Source of the DNA: Candidatus Aminicenantes bacterium
GTDB taxonomy: Bacteria > Acidobacteriota > Aminicenantia > Aminicenantales > JAFGBC01
Reading direction: 5' to 3'
NCBI GenBank assembly: GCA_963702005.1
Contig: OY969696.1
Span: 2,560,001-2,624,000, forward strand
DNA: 64,000 nucleotides
Of this stretch, positions 10,123-19,862 are shown piece after piece. The number at the start of each line of letters is the position of its first letter. Position 1 is the stretch's first letter. Under the pieces are notes generated by a model. It was not told where the DNA came from. It saw nothing but the letters and a program-made list of their open reading frames with translations, and searched no databases. The position numbers and the translations under genes are program-made.

Positions 10123-11211
10123 TCAGGGCTTGTGGCCGCAGCGGATGCCCCTCGGGTTGAGGCACTTATTACAGGAGACGCAGTCGGAGCGGCCGATCTC
10201 GCCGGTCCGAAATTTATGGACGAGCTGCGGATCCTTGATGAGGGGACGGCTCAAAGAGATGAAATCCGCCCCGCCGTCCAAGACGGCTTTTCCCATGGCC
10301 CGCAAGGTCCGCCAGCCGCCCAGCCCGAAGACGGGGATCCGGACGGCCGCCTTGACCTTGGCCGCGCTGTCCACAAAATAGCCTTCCTCCTCCTCGGACC
10401 TCAGCCCCTCCCACATGGATCCCTTTCCCGCTTCGGCCATGCCGCCGCTGACCTCGATGCCGTCCAGTCCTTCCGCTTCGAGCGTCCGGGCGACGCGGAC
10501 GCTGTCCTCGACCATCAATCCGCCGTCCAGGAAATCCGTCGAGTTCAGCTTGATGATAATGGGAAAATCCCGGCCGGCGATCCGCCTGATGCCGCGCATA
10601 ATCTCGACCAGAACTCGGCTCCTATTATCCAAGCTGCCGCCCCATTCGTCCGGTCGCCGGTTTGTGTGGGGCGATAGGAAGGAGCTCAGGAGATAGCCGT
10701 GAGCGGCATGGAGCTGGACGCCGTCGAAACCGGCCTCCCTGGCCCGCCGGGCAGCGGCGACGAAATCGGCGATGAGAGCCGGGATCTCGGCAGCTGAAAG
10801 AGCCCTGGGCATGATCTTGGAGACAGGATCGTAGACGGCCGAGGGCGCGACCGGGATGCAGCCGCAAATCCTCTCCTTGGTCTGGCGTCCGGCATGGGCG
10901 ATTTGGAGAAACACCTTGGAAGGGAAGGCATGGACGGCCTCGGGGATCCGGCGCAGCCCCTGAACCATCCCATCCTGATGGACGCCGAGCTGGCGAGGGG
11001 CGGCTTTCCCGGCCGCTTGGACGAAGGCATGGCCGGTGATGATAAGGCCGACCTCGCCCCGGCCGAGCTCCCGGAACAGCTCGATCTGGCGGTCCGTGAC
11101 GCGGCCGTCCTCCTCGGCCAGAAAATCATGAGTCGCCGACCTGACGAAGCGATTGGGGAGTGTCAGAGATCCCAGCCGGGCTTCCCGGAAAAGTATCGAT
11201 GGAGCGTTCAT
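10123..11211 (-). CDS. NADH:flavin oxidoreductase (Old Yellow Enzyme family)
   Basis: NRFVRSAT, QIAHAGRQ, GFDGVQLHAAHGYLLSSFLSP.TNRR.DEWGG; C-terminal CxxCxxC. Confidence 0.92.
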   Translation of the reverse strand: MNAPSILFREARLGSLTLPNRFVRSATHDFLAEEDGRVTDRQIELFRELGRGEVGLIITGHAFVQAAGKAAPRQLGVHQDGMVQGLRRIPEAVHAFPSKVFLQIAHAGRQTKERICGCIPVAPSAVYDPVSKIMPRALSAAEIPALIADFVAAARRAREAGFDGVQLHAAHGYLLSSFLSPHTNRRPDEWGGSLDNRSRVLVEIMRGIRRIAGRDFPIIIKLNSTDFLDGGLMVEDSVRVARTLEAEGLDGIEVSGGMAEAGKGSMWEGLRSEEEEGYFVDSAAKVKAAVRIPVFGLGGWRTLRAMGKAVLDGGADFISLSRPLIKDPQLVHKFRTGEIGRSDCVSCNKCLNPRGIRCGHKP

Positions 11212-11278
11212 TTCCCCTCCATTTTCTGGTATTTTGGACTGGGATGCAACGGTCCGCTCCCAGGCAGGGTTTTAGACA

Positions 11279-11869
11279 ATGAGCATGGACGAACAAGATC
11301 TGGTCCGCAAGGTCCAGGCCGGCGACGAAGATGCCTTTGCCGAGATCGTCCGTCTCTATAAAGACAGGATTGTGAATTACCTCTTTCAATTTACGCGCGA
11401 TTACCAGAAGGCCGTCGACCTGTCCCAGGAAACGTTCATCAGGGTCTATTTCAAAGCCGATAAATACAAGCCGGTTGCGCCCTTCTCATCCTGGATCTAC
11501 ACCATCGCCTCGAACCTGGCCAAAACCGAGCTCAAGCGGTCCAACCGGCATAGCACCGTGTCCCTGGATGAGGTCACATCCCACTTCGAATCGGGTGCTT
11601 ACAGCGAGGACCGGCCGGATTCGGGCCTCATCAAGAACCTACACAAGGCTCTGGACGGCCTCCACCCCCGCTACCGCATTCCCGTCGTCCTCAAGGACAT
11701 CGAGGGGTTTTCCCAGGAGGAGATCGCCCGGATCATCAAAAAGCCGGTGGGCACGGTCAAAGCCCGAATCAGCCGTGGCCGCGGCTACTTGAAACGGGAA
11801 CTGGAGAAGGCCCTTCATGTCCGGGTCGACGGCGCAACGCTCAAAGGAGAGTCCCATGGACGAGCTTAA
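11279..11869 (+). CDS. ECF RNA polymerase sigma factor (RpoE-like)
   Basis: DLSQETFIRVY, FSSWIYTIA.N, EEIA.....PVGTVKARISRGR. Confidence 0.92.
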   Translation: MSMDEQDLVRKVQAGDEDAFAEIVRLYKDRIVNYLFQFTRDYQKAVDLSQETFIRVYFKADKYKPVAPFSSWIYTIASNLAKTELKRSNRHSTVSLDEVTSHFESGAYSEDRPDSGLIKNLHKALDGLHPRYRIPVVLKDIEGFSQEEIARIIKKPVGTVKARISRGRGYLKRELEKALHVRVDGATLKGESHGRA

Positions 11870-12215
11870 GCTTCTCGGCCAGCTGCCCCGCGTTCGAGCC
11901 CCTCTCGGGTTCGAGGGCCGGGTCTTAGCCCGGCTTGCGGAGAGGAAGGAGCACAGGCTTCGGCGCATCAAGGCCGTCCGACTCTCGCTGGCTGGGGCGT
12001 CCGCCTTTCTCCTGGTCGGCTTCGTCGTCACCCGCCTCTTCATCCTGCCCGGGACCGGCCCTGTCGTCTCGGCGGAAGGGAAGAAAGGACACTTTATCCC
12101 CATCAACGAACCCGTCGACTATTCCCGGGAGGTCCGAGATGTGTCCCGGGATAGCGAGACGATTTATATATTGGAGCAGGTCTCGGATATCACCACAGCG
12201 GACATCACATATTAA
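11856..12215 (+). CDS. Putative single-TM anti-sigma factor
   Basis: Overlaps the sigma gene; LPRVRAPLGFEGRVLARL then one TM helix; RBS AAGGAG. Confidence 0.6.
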   Translation: MDELKLLGQLPRVRAPLGFEGRVLARLAERKEHRLRRIKAVRLSLAGASAFLLVGFVVTRLFILPGTGPVVSAEGKKGHFIPINEPVDYSREVRDVSRDSETIYILEQVSDITTADITY

Positions 12216-12228
12216 GGAGGATTCCAGC

Positions 12229-13836
12229 ATGTCCAAGACCACAATCAAATTCATGGCCCTTATGGGCGTCGTGCCGTTCCTCGTCGGACAGGTGGTTGCG
12301 GCCCCCCGTACGACGGCGGCCGGGTCGGCCTCCGACGAGGTCCGGATCGAGGACGTGACCCGGACCGTCATGCCTTCGGTCGTCAAGATCGAGGTCGGCC
12401 TCAAAAGCAAGAAGGGGATCCGCAAGATCGCGACCGGCGTCGTCATCGACAAGGACGGCTCGATCGCGACGACGGCCCTCCTCTCGCCCCGCGACGAAAC
12501 GGTCACGATCATGACCGCCGACGGGAAGGAGATGGAAGCCGAGTTCCTGGGCATGGACCCCGAAACCCGGCTGGCCGTCGTGCGGGCCAAGGACAAGGGG
12601 CTGGCGCCCCTCGCCCTGGCCGATCCGGCCAAGCTCGGTCCCGGCTCTTGGATCGGGGTCGTCTCGTTCTCGCCCGAGAACACGCCTTCGGTGACTCAGG
12701 GCATCGTCAGTTCGGTCTCGGCCGATAGACTCCGGCTCAATGTCTGGGTCGTACCGGGGAGTTCCGGCAGCCCGGTCGTCAACGCCCAAGGCCAAATGGT
12801 CGGGCTGCTTAGGGGGAGCTACGCGGATACCCTGCCCCTGGTCTTTCAGTTTCAGGAGAAAGAGGTCGTCGGGTCCGGCTACGCCTGGAGTCAGGGCGAA
12901 GCCCCCGCCTCCGGCATGGCCATGGCCATTCCCTCCGATATCGTCAAGTTCATTACGGACGAGATCCGGACTAAAGGAAAGGTCGAGCGGGGCTGGATGG
13001 GCGTCTCGATCGCCGAGAACGAGGACGGACGGACCGAGATCGTTTCCGTCGAGAAAGACAGCCCGGCGGAACTGTCCAAGCTGCAGAAGGGCGACATCGT
13101 GCTCTCCATGGACGGGAAAGAGGTCAAAAACAGCCCGTCCCTCGCCTCCGAGATCCGCAAGCGGAAGCCCGGCCAGGACGTCGCCGTGAAAGTCGAGAGA
13201 GACGGGAAGACGGTCGAGGCGCGGGTCAAACTGGGCGAATACCCCGAGTCCGAGGCGCGCCGCGAGCTCGAGTTGACCTTCCCCAGGCTCTTTGCTCCCG
13301 ACGCCGAATCCAAGCTTCTGTTCACCCAGCGCGCTAAGAGTTTTCCCGACCTGGGCCGCGTTTTCGCCATGGCCAATCGGAAATACATCGGCGTCTACCT
13401 CGATGAGCTCACGCCCGAGCTTTCCGAGCACTTCGGGCTCAAGGAGGGAACGGGTCTGCTCGTCACCAAGTTCGCCGAGAAGAGCCCGGCTCGAGAAGCC
13501 GGCCTCAAGGTCGGGGACGTCGTCTTCAAGGTCGACGGCGTCCGCGTCGAAACGGTCGCCAAGCTCAGCGAAGTCATCCAGGCTAAGACGAAAGGCGACA
13601 AGGTTAAGGTCGAATTCCTCCGCGACAAGAAAGCCCTCAGCCTCGACATCGCCGTCGGCGAGGAGGAGAGGACGGGCTTCTTCGAGAGCACGCCCGAAAT
13701 GTCCGGCGACTTGTTGAGCTCTTATTCCTGGAGTTCTCGGCCCGAGGAGACCGCGCGGGCGACCCCGCCCGAAACTCCGGTTATTTCGGGGTGGACGACC
13801 CTGGCCTCGGGAACGCGCAGCGTTTTCTGGATTTAA
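12229..13836 (+). CDS. HtrA/DegP-like trypsin domain plus 2 PDZ protein, probably catalytically inactive
   Basis: Signal peptide, PSVVKI, GVVIDKDG, SVTQGIVS, PGSSGSPVVN, RGWMGV and YIGV PDZ starts; triad His and Asp positions substituted. Confidence 0.85.
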   Translation: MSKTTIKFMALMGVVPFLVGQVVAAPRTTAAGSASDEVRIEDVTRTVMPSVVKIEVGLKSKKGIRKIATGVVIDKDGSIATTALLSPRDETVTIMTADGKEMEAEFLGMDPETRLAVVRAKDKGLAPLALADPAKLGPGSWIGVVSFSPENTPSVTQGIVSSVSADRLRLNVWVVPGSSGSPVVNAQGQMVGLLRGSYADTLPLVFQFQEKEVVGSGYAWSQGEAPASGMAMAIPSDIVKFITDEIRTKGKVERGWMGVSIAENEDGRTEIVSVEKDSPAELSKLQKGDIVLSMDGKEVKNSPSLASEIRKRKPGQDVAVKVERDGKTVEARVKLGEYPESEARRELELTFPRLFAPDAESKLLFTQRAKSFPDLGRVFAMANRKYIGVYLDELTPELSEHFGLKEGTGLLVTKFAEKSPAREAGLKVGDVVFKVDGVRVETVAKLSEVIQAKTKGDKVKVEFLRDKKALSLDIAVGEEERTGFFESTPEMSGDLLSSYSWSSRPEETARATPPETPVISGWTTLASGTRSVFWI

Positions 13837-13906
13837 CGCGGGCAGCCCTGCACCGCCCGGCGGAAGCCGCCGAGCAGTACAGGACCTGCTCCTATGTCCA
13901 TCTCTC

Positions 13907-13949
13907 GGGGGAGGTGGGGAGAGCGATCTCCCGCCTCCCCTCACTTTTT
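13907..13949 (+). terminator. Putative intrinsic terminator
   Basis: GGGGAGGTGGGGAGA-GCGA-TCTCCCGCCTCCCC hairpin followed by a T-rich tract. Confidence 0.5.
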
Positions 13950-14017
13950 CTCCCTGACGAAACCCGTCTTGACTTCTATTCGGTCCCACACCTAAAATGA
14001 AATCACCCGTTCGCCGA

Positions 14018-14114
14018 CGCGAAGCCCCGCCCTTCAGGGCGGAGACGAGAAGCGTGGCTCAGGGTTAAACCTGATCAAGCTCCGGCATTCATGCCGGGGA
14101 GTCGAGGGTTTGAC
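14018..14114 (+). repeat. Cluster of IS200/IS605-end or REP-like palindromes
   Basis: GAAGCCCCGCCCTTCAGGGCGG and AAGCTCCGGCATTCATGCCGGGGA hairpins in an intergenic region. Confidence 0.45.
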
Positions 14115-14232
14115 AAGGAGAAGAGAAGATCGCGAGGGACCCTCTTGGGAAGACGGGTTCAAGAAATTATCTCCGAGTCCAGGCCTTTTTTTGCGTGGGG
14201 CTGAGTTCGGCATTCTAGGGCGAGAGTTGCGC

Positions 14233-16122
14233 ATGTCAGAGCGGAGAGCGATCAGGGGCATCCCGAAGAAGGGGAAGGCTCGGGTTCGTGTCCGGCCGGC
14301 GCGCCGGGCCATTCTTCCCGACGGCGAGAAACAGGTCCAAAGCATCCTGATGAGCTCTCCGATTCCCTGTTTTATCATCGACCGCGAGCATCGCGTCCGG
14401 TATTGGAACCGTGCTTTGGCCGTGCTGAGCCAAATGGCCCCGGCCGAGGTCATCGGAACCCATCAACATTGGAAGGCCTTTTACAGGTCGAAACGCCCCT
14501 GCCTGGCCGACCTCCTCGTCGACGGAGATCACAAGGCGATCCGCCGCTGGTACGGGAAGAAGGGCAGCAAGTCCGGCCTGATCAAGGAAGGTTATGTCGC
14601 CACCGACTTCTTCCCCGACCTGGGCCGCGAGGGCCGATGGCTCCATTTCACGGCCGCCGCCATCCGGGATTCGGTGGGAGTCCTAATCGGAGCAATTGAA
14701 ACGCTCGAAGACATCACCGATCTCAAGAAGGCCGAAGAGGCGCTCCTTGAGTCGGAGGAGAAATACCGAACGCTCGTCGAGAACGTCAGCGAGATCATCT
14801 TCAGCGTCGACGTCGAAGGGCGCATCACCTACATCAGCCAACAGGTCGAGAGCGCAACCGGCTACAAACCCAAACAGATCATCGGCCGGCATTTCGGGCA
14901 GTTCGTCCATCCCGAGGACCTGCCCGGATTGAGCGAGAGCTTCCGGCTCAGCCTGGCCGGACATCTCAAATCCTTTGATTTCAGGGTGCTGGGCAAAGGC
15001 GGACGGATCGTCCATGCCCAGGTCTCCAGCCGTCCCATTATCGAGGGGGATCGGGCCGTGGGCCTTCACGGAGTCATTACGGACATCACCGAGCGGAAGC
15101 GTGTGGAACATGAGTTGCGGGACTCGGAGATGAAGTTCCGGGGGCTTTTCGAACATGTCTTCGACGGCGTCTATCAAACCAAACCCGACGGCACCTTCCT
15201 GACGACGAATCCCGCCCTGATCACGATGCTGGGCTATAAATCCGAGGAAGAGCTGTTGGCCCTCAACGTCGCCAGCTTATACGCGAATCCCCGGGACCGC
15301 GAGGTCATGAAAAAGAAGCTCGAAACGGAAGGGGAGCTTCACGGCTACGAGCTGCTCCTGAAGCGCAAGGACGGCCGCCTCATCAACGTCATTCAAAACG
15401 CTTACACCATCAAGGACGGGCGGGGCCGGGTCGCCTACTACGAGGGGACGCTGACCGATGTTACGGCGCTCAAGCAGATCGAAGCCGAGGTCAAGGCCAA
15501 GTTGAAGGAAAAGGACATCATGCTCCAGGAGATCAACCACCGGGTCAAGAACAACCTCCAAATCATCTCGAGCCTGCTCCGCCTCCAATATGATCGCGTC
15601 CTTCATCCCGAGGCCAAGGATATTTTAAGGGGGAGCCTGAACAGAGTTCGGGCGATGGCCCTCACCCACGAAAAACTCTATAAATCCGAGGACCTATCCA
15701 GGATCGATCTCAACGACTACCTGAAAAGTCTGACGACCCACCTGCTGGCCCTCTACGCCGAAGGGGGAGAGAACATCAAGATCCGCATCGAGGCCGAGGG
15801 CGTCTTCCTGGACATCACCCAGGCCAACCCCTGCGGGCTGCTGATCAACGAGCTGGTCACCAACGCGATCCGCCACGCTTTCGACCCCGGCCAGAAGGGG
15901 GAGATCCGCATCGCCGCCGCGCGGGAGCGCGCCGACTGGCTCCGGATCGTCGTCAGAGATACGGGCCGGGGCCTGCCCGGGACGATCGATATCAGAAAGA
16001 CGCACACCCTGGGGATGCAGATCGTCATGGGGCTGATCGACCAGCTCGAAGGGACGATCGAGATGAGGGCCGAGCCGGGCCGCGGGACCGAGTTTGTTAT
16101 TCGGATCCCAGCCAATCTTTGA
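14233..16122 (+). CDS. Cytoplasmic multi-PAS sensor histidine kinase (HisKA_2/HWE-like)
   Basis: Three PAS/PAC repeats; LQEINHRVKNNLQIISSLL H-box, NELVTNAIRHAF, DTGRG, LGMQIV. Confidence 0.9.
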   Translation: MSERRAIRGIPKKGKARVRVRPARRAILPDGEKQVQSILMSSPIPCFIIDREHRVRYWNRALAVLSQMAPAEVIGTHQHWKAFYRSKRPCLADLLVDGDHKAIRRWYGKKGSKSGLIKEGYVATDFFPDLGREGRWLHFTAAAIRDSVGVLIGAIETLEDITDLKKAEEALLESEEKYRTLVENVSEIIFSVDVEGRITYISQQVESATGYKPKQIIGRHFGQFVHPEDLPGLSESFRLSLAGHLKSFDFRVLGKGGRIVHAQVSSRPIIEGDRAVGLHGVITDITERKRVEHELRDSEMKFRGLFEHVFDGVYQTKPDGTFLTTNPALITMLGYKSEEELLALNVASLYANPRDREVMKKKLETEGELHGYELLLKRKDGRLINVIQNAYTIKDGRGRVAYYEGTLTDVTALKQIEAEVKAKLKEKDIMLQEINHRVKNNLQIISSLLRLQYDRVLHPEAKDILRGSLNRVRAMALTHEKLYKSEDLSRIDLNDYLKSLTTHLLALYAEGGENIKIRIEAEGVFLDITQANPCGLLINELVTNAIRHAFDPGQKGEIRIAAARERADWLRIVVRDTGRGLPGTIDIRKTHTLGMQIVMGLIDQLEGTIEMRAEPGRGTEFVIRIPANL

Positions 16123-16717
16123 GGAGCTCGGTGTACTGGACCGGGGAGAGCCGTCTCCGGCCGTAGAGACCCTTCGACCAGCGCTGGTGGAACGCTTCGT
16201 AGAGGATGATTCCGGCCGAAACGGACAGGTTGAGGCTCTGGACCATGCCGACCATCGGGATCCGGATTTTGAGGTCGGCCAGGGCAAGGGCCTCGGCTGA
16301 GACGCCCTCCCCTTCGCTCCCGAAGACGAGGGCGATCGGCTGCGTATAATCGACCTCCCGGTAGGGAACGGCATTCTCGCTCAAGTCGGTCGCGGCGATC
16401 AAACAGCCCTCGGCCTTAAGCTTCGTCAGGCACTCGGTCGCCGAGGCATGAACGTTGAAAAGAATCCATTTGTCGGCCCGGGTCGAGATGGCCTTGTTGA
16501 AGACGAGGATGTCCGGGTTGGGGGAGATGATGTCCAAGGTCAGGACGCCCGCGGCGTCGCAGGTCCGAATAACGGCGCTTGCGTTGTGGGCGATGGCGAC
16601 GCCCTCCAGGACGACGCGGAGGTCCGGCTGGCGGCGGTCGAGGACGCCGCTGACCCGCTGGACTCGGCGTTCGGTGGGCACGGGCCCATCATAGCAGACA
16701 CGGCTCAGGGGCTTCAA
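16097..16717 (-). CDS. trmH: tRNA (guanosine-18 2'-O)-methyltransferase, SpoU family
   Basis: RRQPDLRVVLE, HNASAVIRTCDAAG, VFGSEGEG, IPMVGMVQSLNLSV; start may be GTG 16681. Confidence 0.85.
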   Translation of the reverse strand: MKPLSRVCYDGPVPTERRVQRVSGVLDRRQPDLRVVLEGVAIAHNASAVIRTCDAAGVLTLDIISPNPDILVFNKAISTRADKWILFNVHASATECLTKLKAEGCLIAATDLSENAVPYREVDYTQPIALVFGSEGEGVSAEALALADLKIRIPMVGMVQSLNLSVSAGIILYEAFHQRWSKGLYGRRRLSPVQYTELLKDWLGSE

Positions 16718-17265
16718 CCTAGAAGAACCATCTTGGCTAGGAGGAGGAGGCCGACGGCGGCCGTCCCGGCTAAGGCCCTATATTCTTTGTTCCTGAGGTA
16801 CAGGCCCCAGCTGAACGCGACCTGGGAAGGGCCGGGGCGCCGTAGGGCCGGGAAAAATAAGGGGACTCGGCGGCGATAGTCGGCGTAGCCGTCGGGGAAA
16901 AGCTCCTTCATACGACGCCTTTCCTTAGCGATCGTCACGCTGTAGAAAACGAGAAAATAAGCCGCGAAGACGGCCAGGGCCGGCCAGGACCAGGCTCCAA
17001 TCGCAAGCCCGATTCCGAGGAGGAAGTTCCCCAGGTAGAGCGGATTCCGGGTCAATCCGTAAGGACCCGAAGTCGCCAGCTCCTTGTCCTTTTTAAGATA
17101 TCCCGAAGCCCAAGCGCGAATGAGAAGACCGCTGAGGCCGATAACGACGAAGGCCAGGAGGGAACGAGTATTGGGCGCGGCGAAGACGAGGGTCAGGATC
17201 AAGGCCGCCAATCCCGCCCGGACCCGGCACCGACAGATGAGCCGTTCGAATCTGCGCTCAGGCAT
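16714..17265 (-). CDS. Isoprenylcysteine carboxylmethyltransferase / PEMT-family membrane protein
   Basis: LATSGPYGLTRNPLYLG, ERRRM..LF...YADY..RVPLFFP. Confidence 0.85.
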   Translation of the reverse strand: MPERRFERLICRCRVRAGLAALILTLVFAAPNTRSLLAFVVIGLSGLLIRAWASGYLKKDKELATSGPYGLTRNPLYLGNFLLGIGLAIGAWSWPALAVFAAYFLVFYSVTIAKERRRMKELFPDGYADYRRRVPLFFPALRRPGPSQVAFSWGLYLRNKEYRALAGTAAVGLLLLAKMVLLG

Positions 17266-18244
17266 CGAGGCCGAGCCTTTCCAGGGCGAGCGAAGCCACG
17301 TCCTCCGAAGTTAGAATTTCGAGACAGCGGAGGTTTCGACACTCCCTCCGGTAGCAGAGGCTGCACTCCAAGCGTCGAAAGGCGACTCGGTCTTCGGGGC
17401 GGAAAGGGCCGTTGCGGGCCGGGTTGGTCGGTCCGAAGATCCCGACCACGGGCACGGACAGGGCGCAAGCGGCCTGGAGGGCGAACGTGTCGCCGCTGAT
17501 GAGAAGCGAGGCTGTCCGGATCAAAGCCATGACCTCGGGAAGAGTCAGATAGGGAACGAGCGGAACACCGGCCGCCCGGCCGACCGCGTCGGCGATCGTC
17601 TTTTCGTCCGCGTTTCCCCAAAGCAGGAGCACGGGCAGCCCCCGGGCTTTCAGCCGTTCGGCAACCCCGATCCATTTTTCCGGCCGCCAGCGCTTGCTCG
17701 CCCAGGCCGCCCCAGTGTTCAGAAGGACAAACGGACGGCCGGCGCGGAGGCCCAGCCCCCCGATCAAGGAGGAGATTTTGGCCGTGAGGGCGCGGGGAAA
17801 GACCAGGGGGAAATCGATGCGGTCGTCGTCGATCCCGATCGCTCTGAGCAGCCTCAGGTTCTTGAGGATGACGTGATCCTCTTCGGAGAGGGGATCGAGC
17901 CGCTCCGTGTAAAAAAGGCCCGCCAGAGGCTCCTTGAGGTTGACTCGGCTGAAACCGATCCGCCTTCGGCTGCGGGAGAGCCGGGAGATATAAGCCGACT
18001 TCAACAAGCCCTGGAAGTCCAGCGCGACCTGGTCCTTAAGCCGGACGCGGGTCCGCCAGCCGGGGCTTCCCAGGACGATGACCTCGTCGATCCCCGGGAC
18101 CAGGTCGAGGATAGCCCGGCCGCTCTTCCCGACGATCCAGGCGACCCGGGCCTTGGGCCGGTGGCGGCGCAAGGCGGCGAAGGCGGGCAACGTATGGATG
18201 ATATCTCCCAGCGAGCTGAGGCGGATGACGAGGTAGCTCTCCAT
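17258..18244 (-). CDS. waaC: LPS heptosyltransferase I-like (GT9)
   Basis: IRLSSLGDIIH, DFQGLLKS, SKRW, GDT, IFGPT; adjacent to ADP-heptose genes. Confidence 0.8.
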   Translation of the reverse strand: MESYLVIRLSSLGDIIHTLPAFAALRRHRPKARVAWIVGKSGRAILDLVPGIDEVIVLGSPGWRTRVRLKDQVALDFQGLLKSAYISRLSRSRRRIGFSRVNLKEPLAGLFYTERLDPLSEEDHVILKNLRLLRAIGIDDDRIDFPLVFPRALTAKISSLIGGLGLRAGRPFVLLNTGAAWASKRWRPEKWIGVAERLKARGLPVLLLWGNADEKTIADAVGRAAGVPLVPYLTLPEVMALIRTASLLISGDTFALQAACALSVPVVGIFGPTNPARNGPFRPEDRVAFRRLECSLCYRRECRNLRCLEILTSEDVASLALERLGLDA

Positions 18245-18247
18245 GCG

Positions 18248-18733
18248 TCAGCCCTTCCCGCCGGAAGCGATCCGCCCGATGATGTCCGTCGCGTTTCTGA
18301 TCTTGGGGCCGCCCGCAATGGCGATCCTGCCGCCATAGGCCTTGACCGTCGCCCGCTCCGGGACGGTTGCCCGGGTATAGTCGGATCCCTTGGCGTGGAC
18401 GTCCGGCTTGAGGGTGAGGAGGACCCTTTCGACATTGGGCTCATTAAAGATCGTGATGTAATCGACGGCGGACAAGGCGCTCAGGATCTCGGCGCGTTCG
18501 AGCTCGGAGAGAATCGGCCGGCCCCGGCCTTTGAGACGGCGGACCGAGGCGTCGCTGTTGAGGGCGACGACGAGGATGTCGCCCCGGCGCCGAGCGTCCT
18601 CGAGATAACGGACGTGCCCGGCATGGATGAGGTCGAAACAGCCGTTGGCCAGGATGATACGCAGGCCTTTTTTCTTGCAACGATCAACGATCCGGCTGAG
18701 CTCTTGCAGGGTTTTAAGTTTCTTCGGCTTCAA
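18248..18733 (-). CDS. hldC: D-glycero-beta-D-manno-heptose 1-phosphate adenylyltransferase (RfaE domain II)
   Basis: NGCFDLIHAGH, LNSDASVRRLKG.GRP, KGSDY. Confidence 0.85.
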   Translation of the reverse strand: MKPKKLKTLQELSRIVDRCKKKGLRIILANGCFDLIHAGHVRYLEDARRRGDILVVALNSDASVRRLKGRGRPILSELERAEILSALSAVDYITIFNEPNVERVLLTLKPDVHAKGSDYTRATVPERATVKAYGGRIAIAGGPKIRNATDIIGRIASGGKG

Positions 18734-19731
18734 GAGCGTATTGCGCCTCGGAGTTCGTCGGGGGACACGGTCGCCGTCCCTTTTTTCATGACGACGAGGC
18801 CGCCCGCGGCGTTGGCGAGGAGGGCGGCATGCCGGAAGCTCGCCCCGGCGGCCAGGGACAGGGTGAAAACGCTGATGACCGTGTCGCCGGCGCCGGTGAC
18901 GTCCACGATATCGGTCGTGCCCCGGACGGGGATGAATAGGGCGGGCTTTCCTTTCTCGAAGAGAGCCATCCCTTTCGACCCGCGCGTAATGAGCAGGGCG
19001 GGGGAGCGGAGCCTGTCGAGAAGGAGCCTGCCCGCGTTCCGAACCGAGGACGGGTCGTCCCCGACCGGACGATTCAGGGCGGCTTCGACCTCGGGCTCGT
19101 TGGGAGTCGCGGCCGTGACGCCGGGGAAACGGAGGAGGCGGAAGCGGGAGTCGAGAAGAACGGCCCGGCCGGCCCGCTTAAAAGCGGAAAGGGCCGACTT
19201 GAACACGTCCTCCTGGACCGTCCGGTAGTTATAATCGGAGATGATGAGGGCGCCGCAGCTCCCGGCCAGTCCGCGCAACGAGGCTGCGAGCTTCCGCTTC
19301 AAAGCGGCGGCGTCCGGGACATAGGCTTCGCGGTCGATCCTCAGGATTTGTTGTTTTCGGGTGTTGTCCTCGCCGGCCAGGATTCGGGTTTTGATCGGCG
19401 TCGCACAGGCTTTATCGCGGGAAAGGCAGGAGGCGGAGATGTGTTGGCTCTTAAGGAGCGCAAGAATCTGGGAGGCGGCTTCGTCGTCGCCGAGGACTCC
19501 GACCGGGATCGGGTTCGCGCCCAGGGCCTTGAGGTTCTGGAGGGTGTTTCCGGCTCCCCCGAGCAGATACTCCCGTTTCCGGAAGGAAAGGATAAGGACG
19601 GGCGCTTCCCTAGAAATACGGCGGGTGCTTCCGTAAACATATTCGTCCAGAATGTAATCGCCCCAGACGGCGATCTTGCGGCCGCGAAATCCGTCGATGA
19701 TGGAGAGGAGGACATCCTTATCGTATGTCAT
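18730..19731 (-). CDS. hldA: D-glycero-beta-D-manno-heptose-7-phosphate kinase (RfaE domain I)
   Basis: GDYILDEY, RISREAPV, GGAGN, TPNE.E, DVTGAGDTV. Confidence 0.88.
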   Translation of the reverse strand: MTYDKDVLLSIIDGFRGRKIAVWGDYILDEYVYGSTRRISREAPVLILSFRKREYLLGGAGNTLQNLKALGANPIPVGVLGDDEAASQILALLKSQHISASCLSRDKACATPIKTRILAGEDNTRKQQILRIDREAYVPDAAALKRKLAASLRGLAGSCGALIISDYNYRTVQEDVFKSALSAFKRAGRAVLLDSRFRLLRFPGVTAATPNEPEVEAALNRPVGDDPSSVRNAGRLLLDRLRSPALLITRGSKGMALFEKGKPALFIPVRGTTDIVDVTGAGDTVISVFTLSLAAGASFRHAALLANAAGGLVVMKKGTATVSPDELRGAIRS

Positions 19732-19862
19732 GGCCGATTAGAAAGAATATTTATCAGAAACGGCCTAAAAAGGCAAACAGGGACGGTCGACGTCAATACT
19801 TTCTGCACAATTACTTGTGCATTTTCATTTTAACGAAGGAAAGAAAACGGAAGACGTTATTG

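Noticed and set aside
12205-13989. Long antisense ORFs (e.g. 12205-13989 -, 17873-19228 +, 30462-31883 -, 48630-50351 +, 55239-56771 +)
   Set aside because: Shadow frames of GC-rich genes on the opposite strand; no recognisable motifs.
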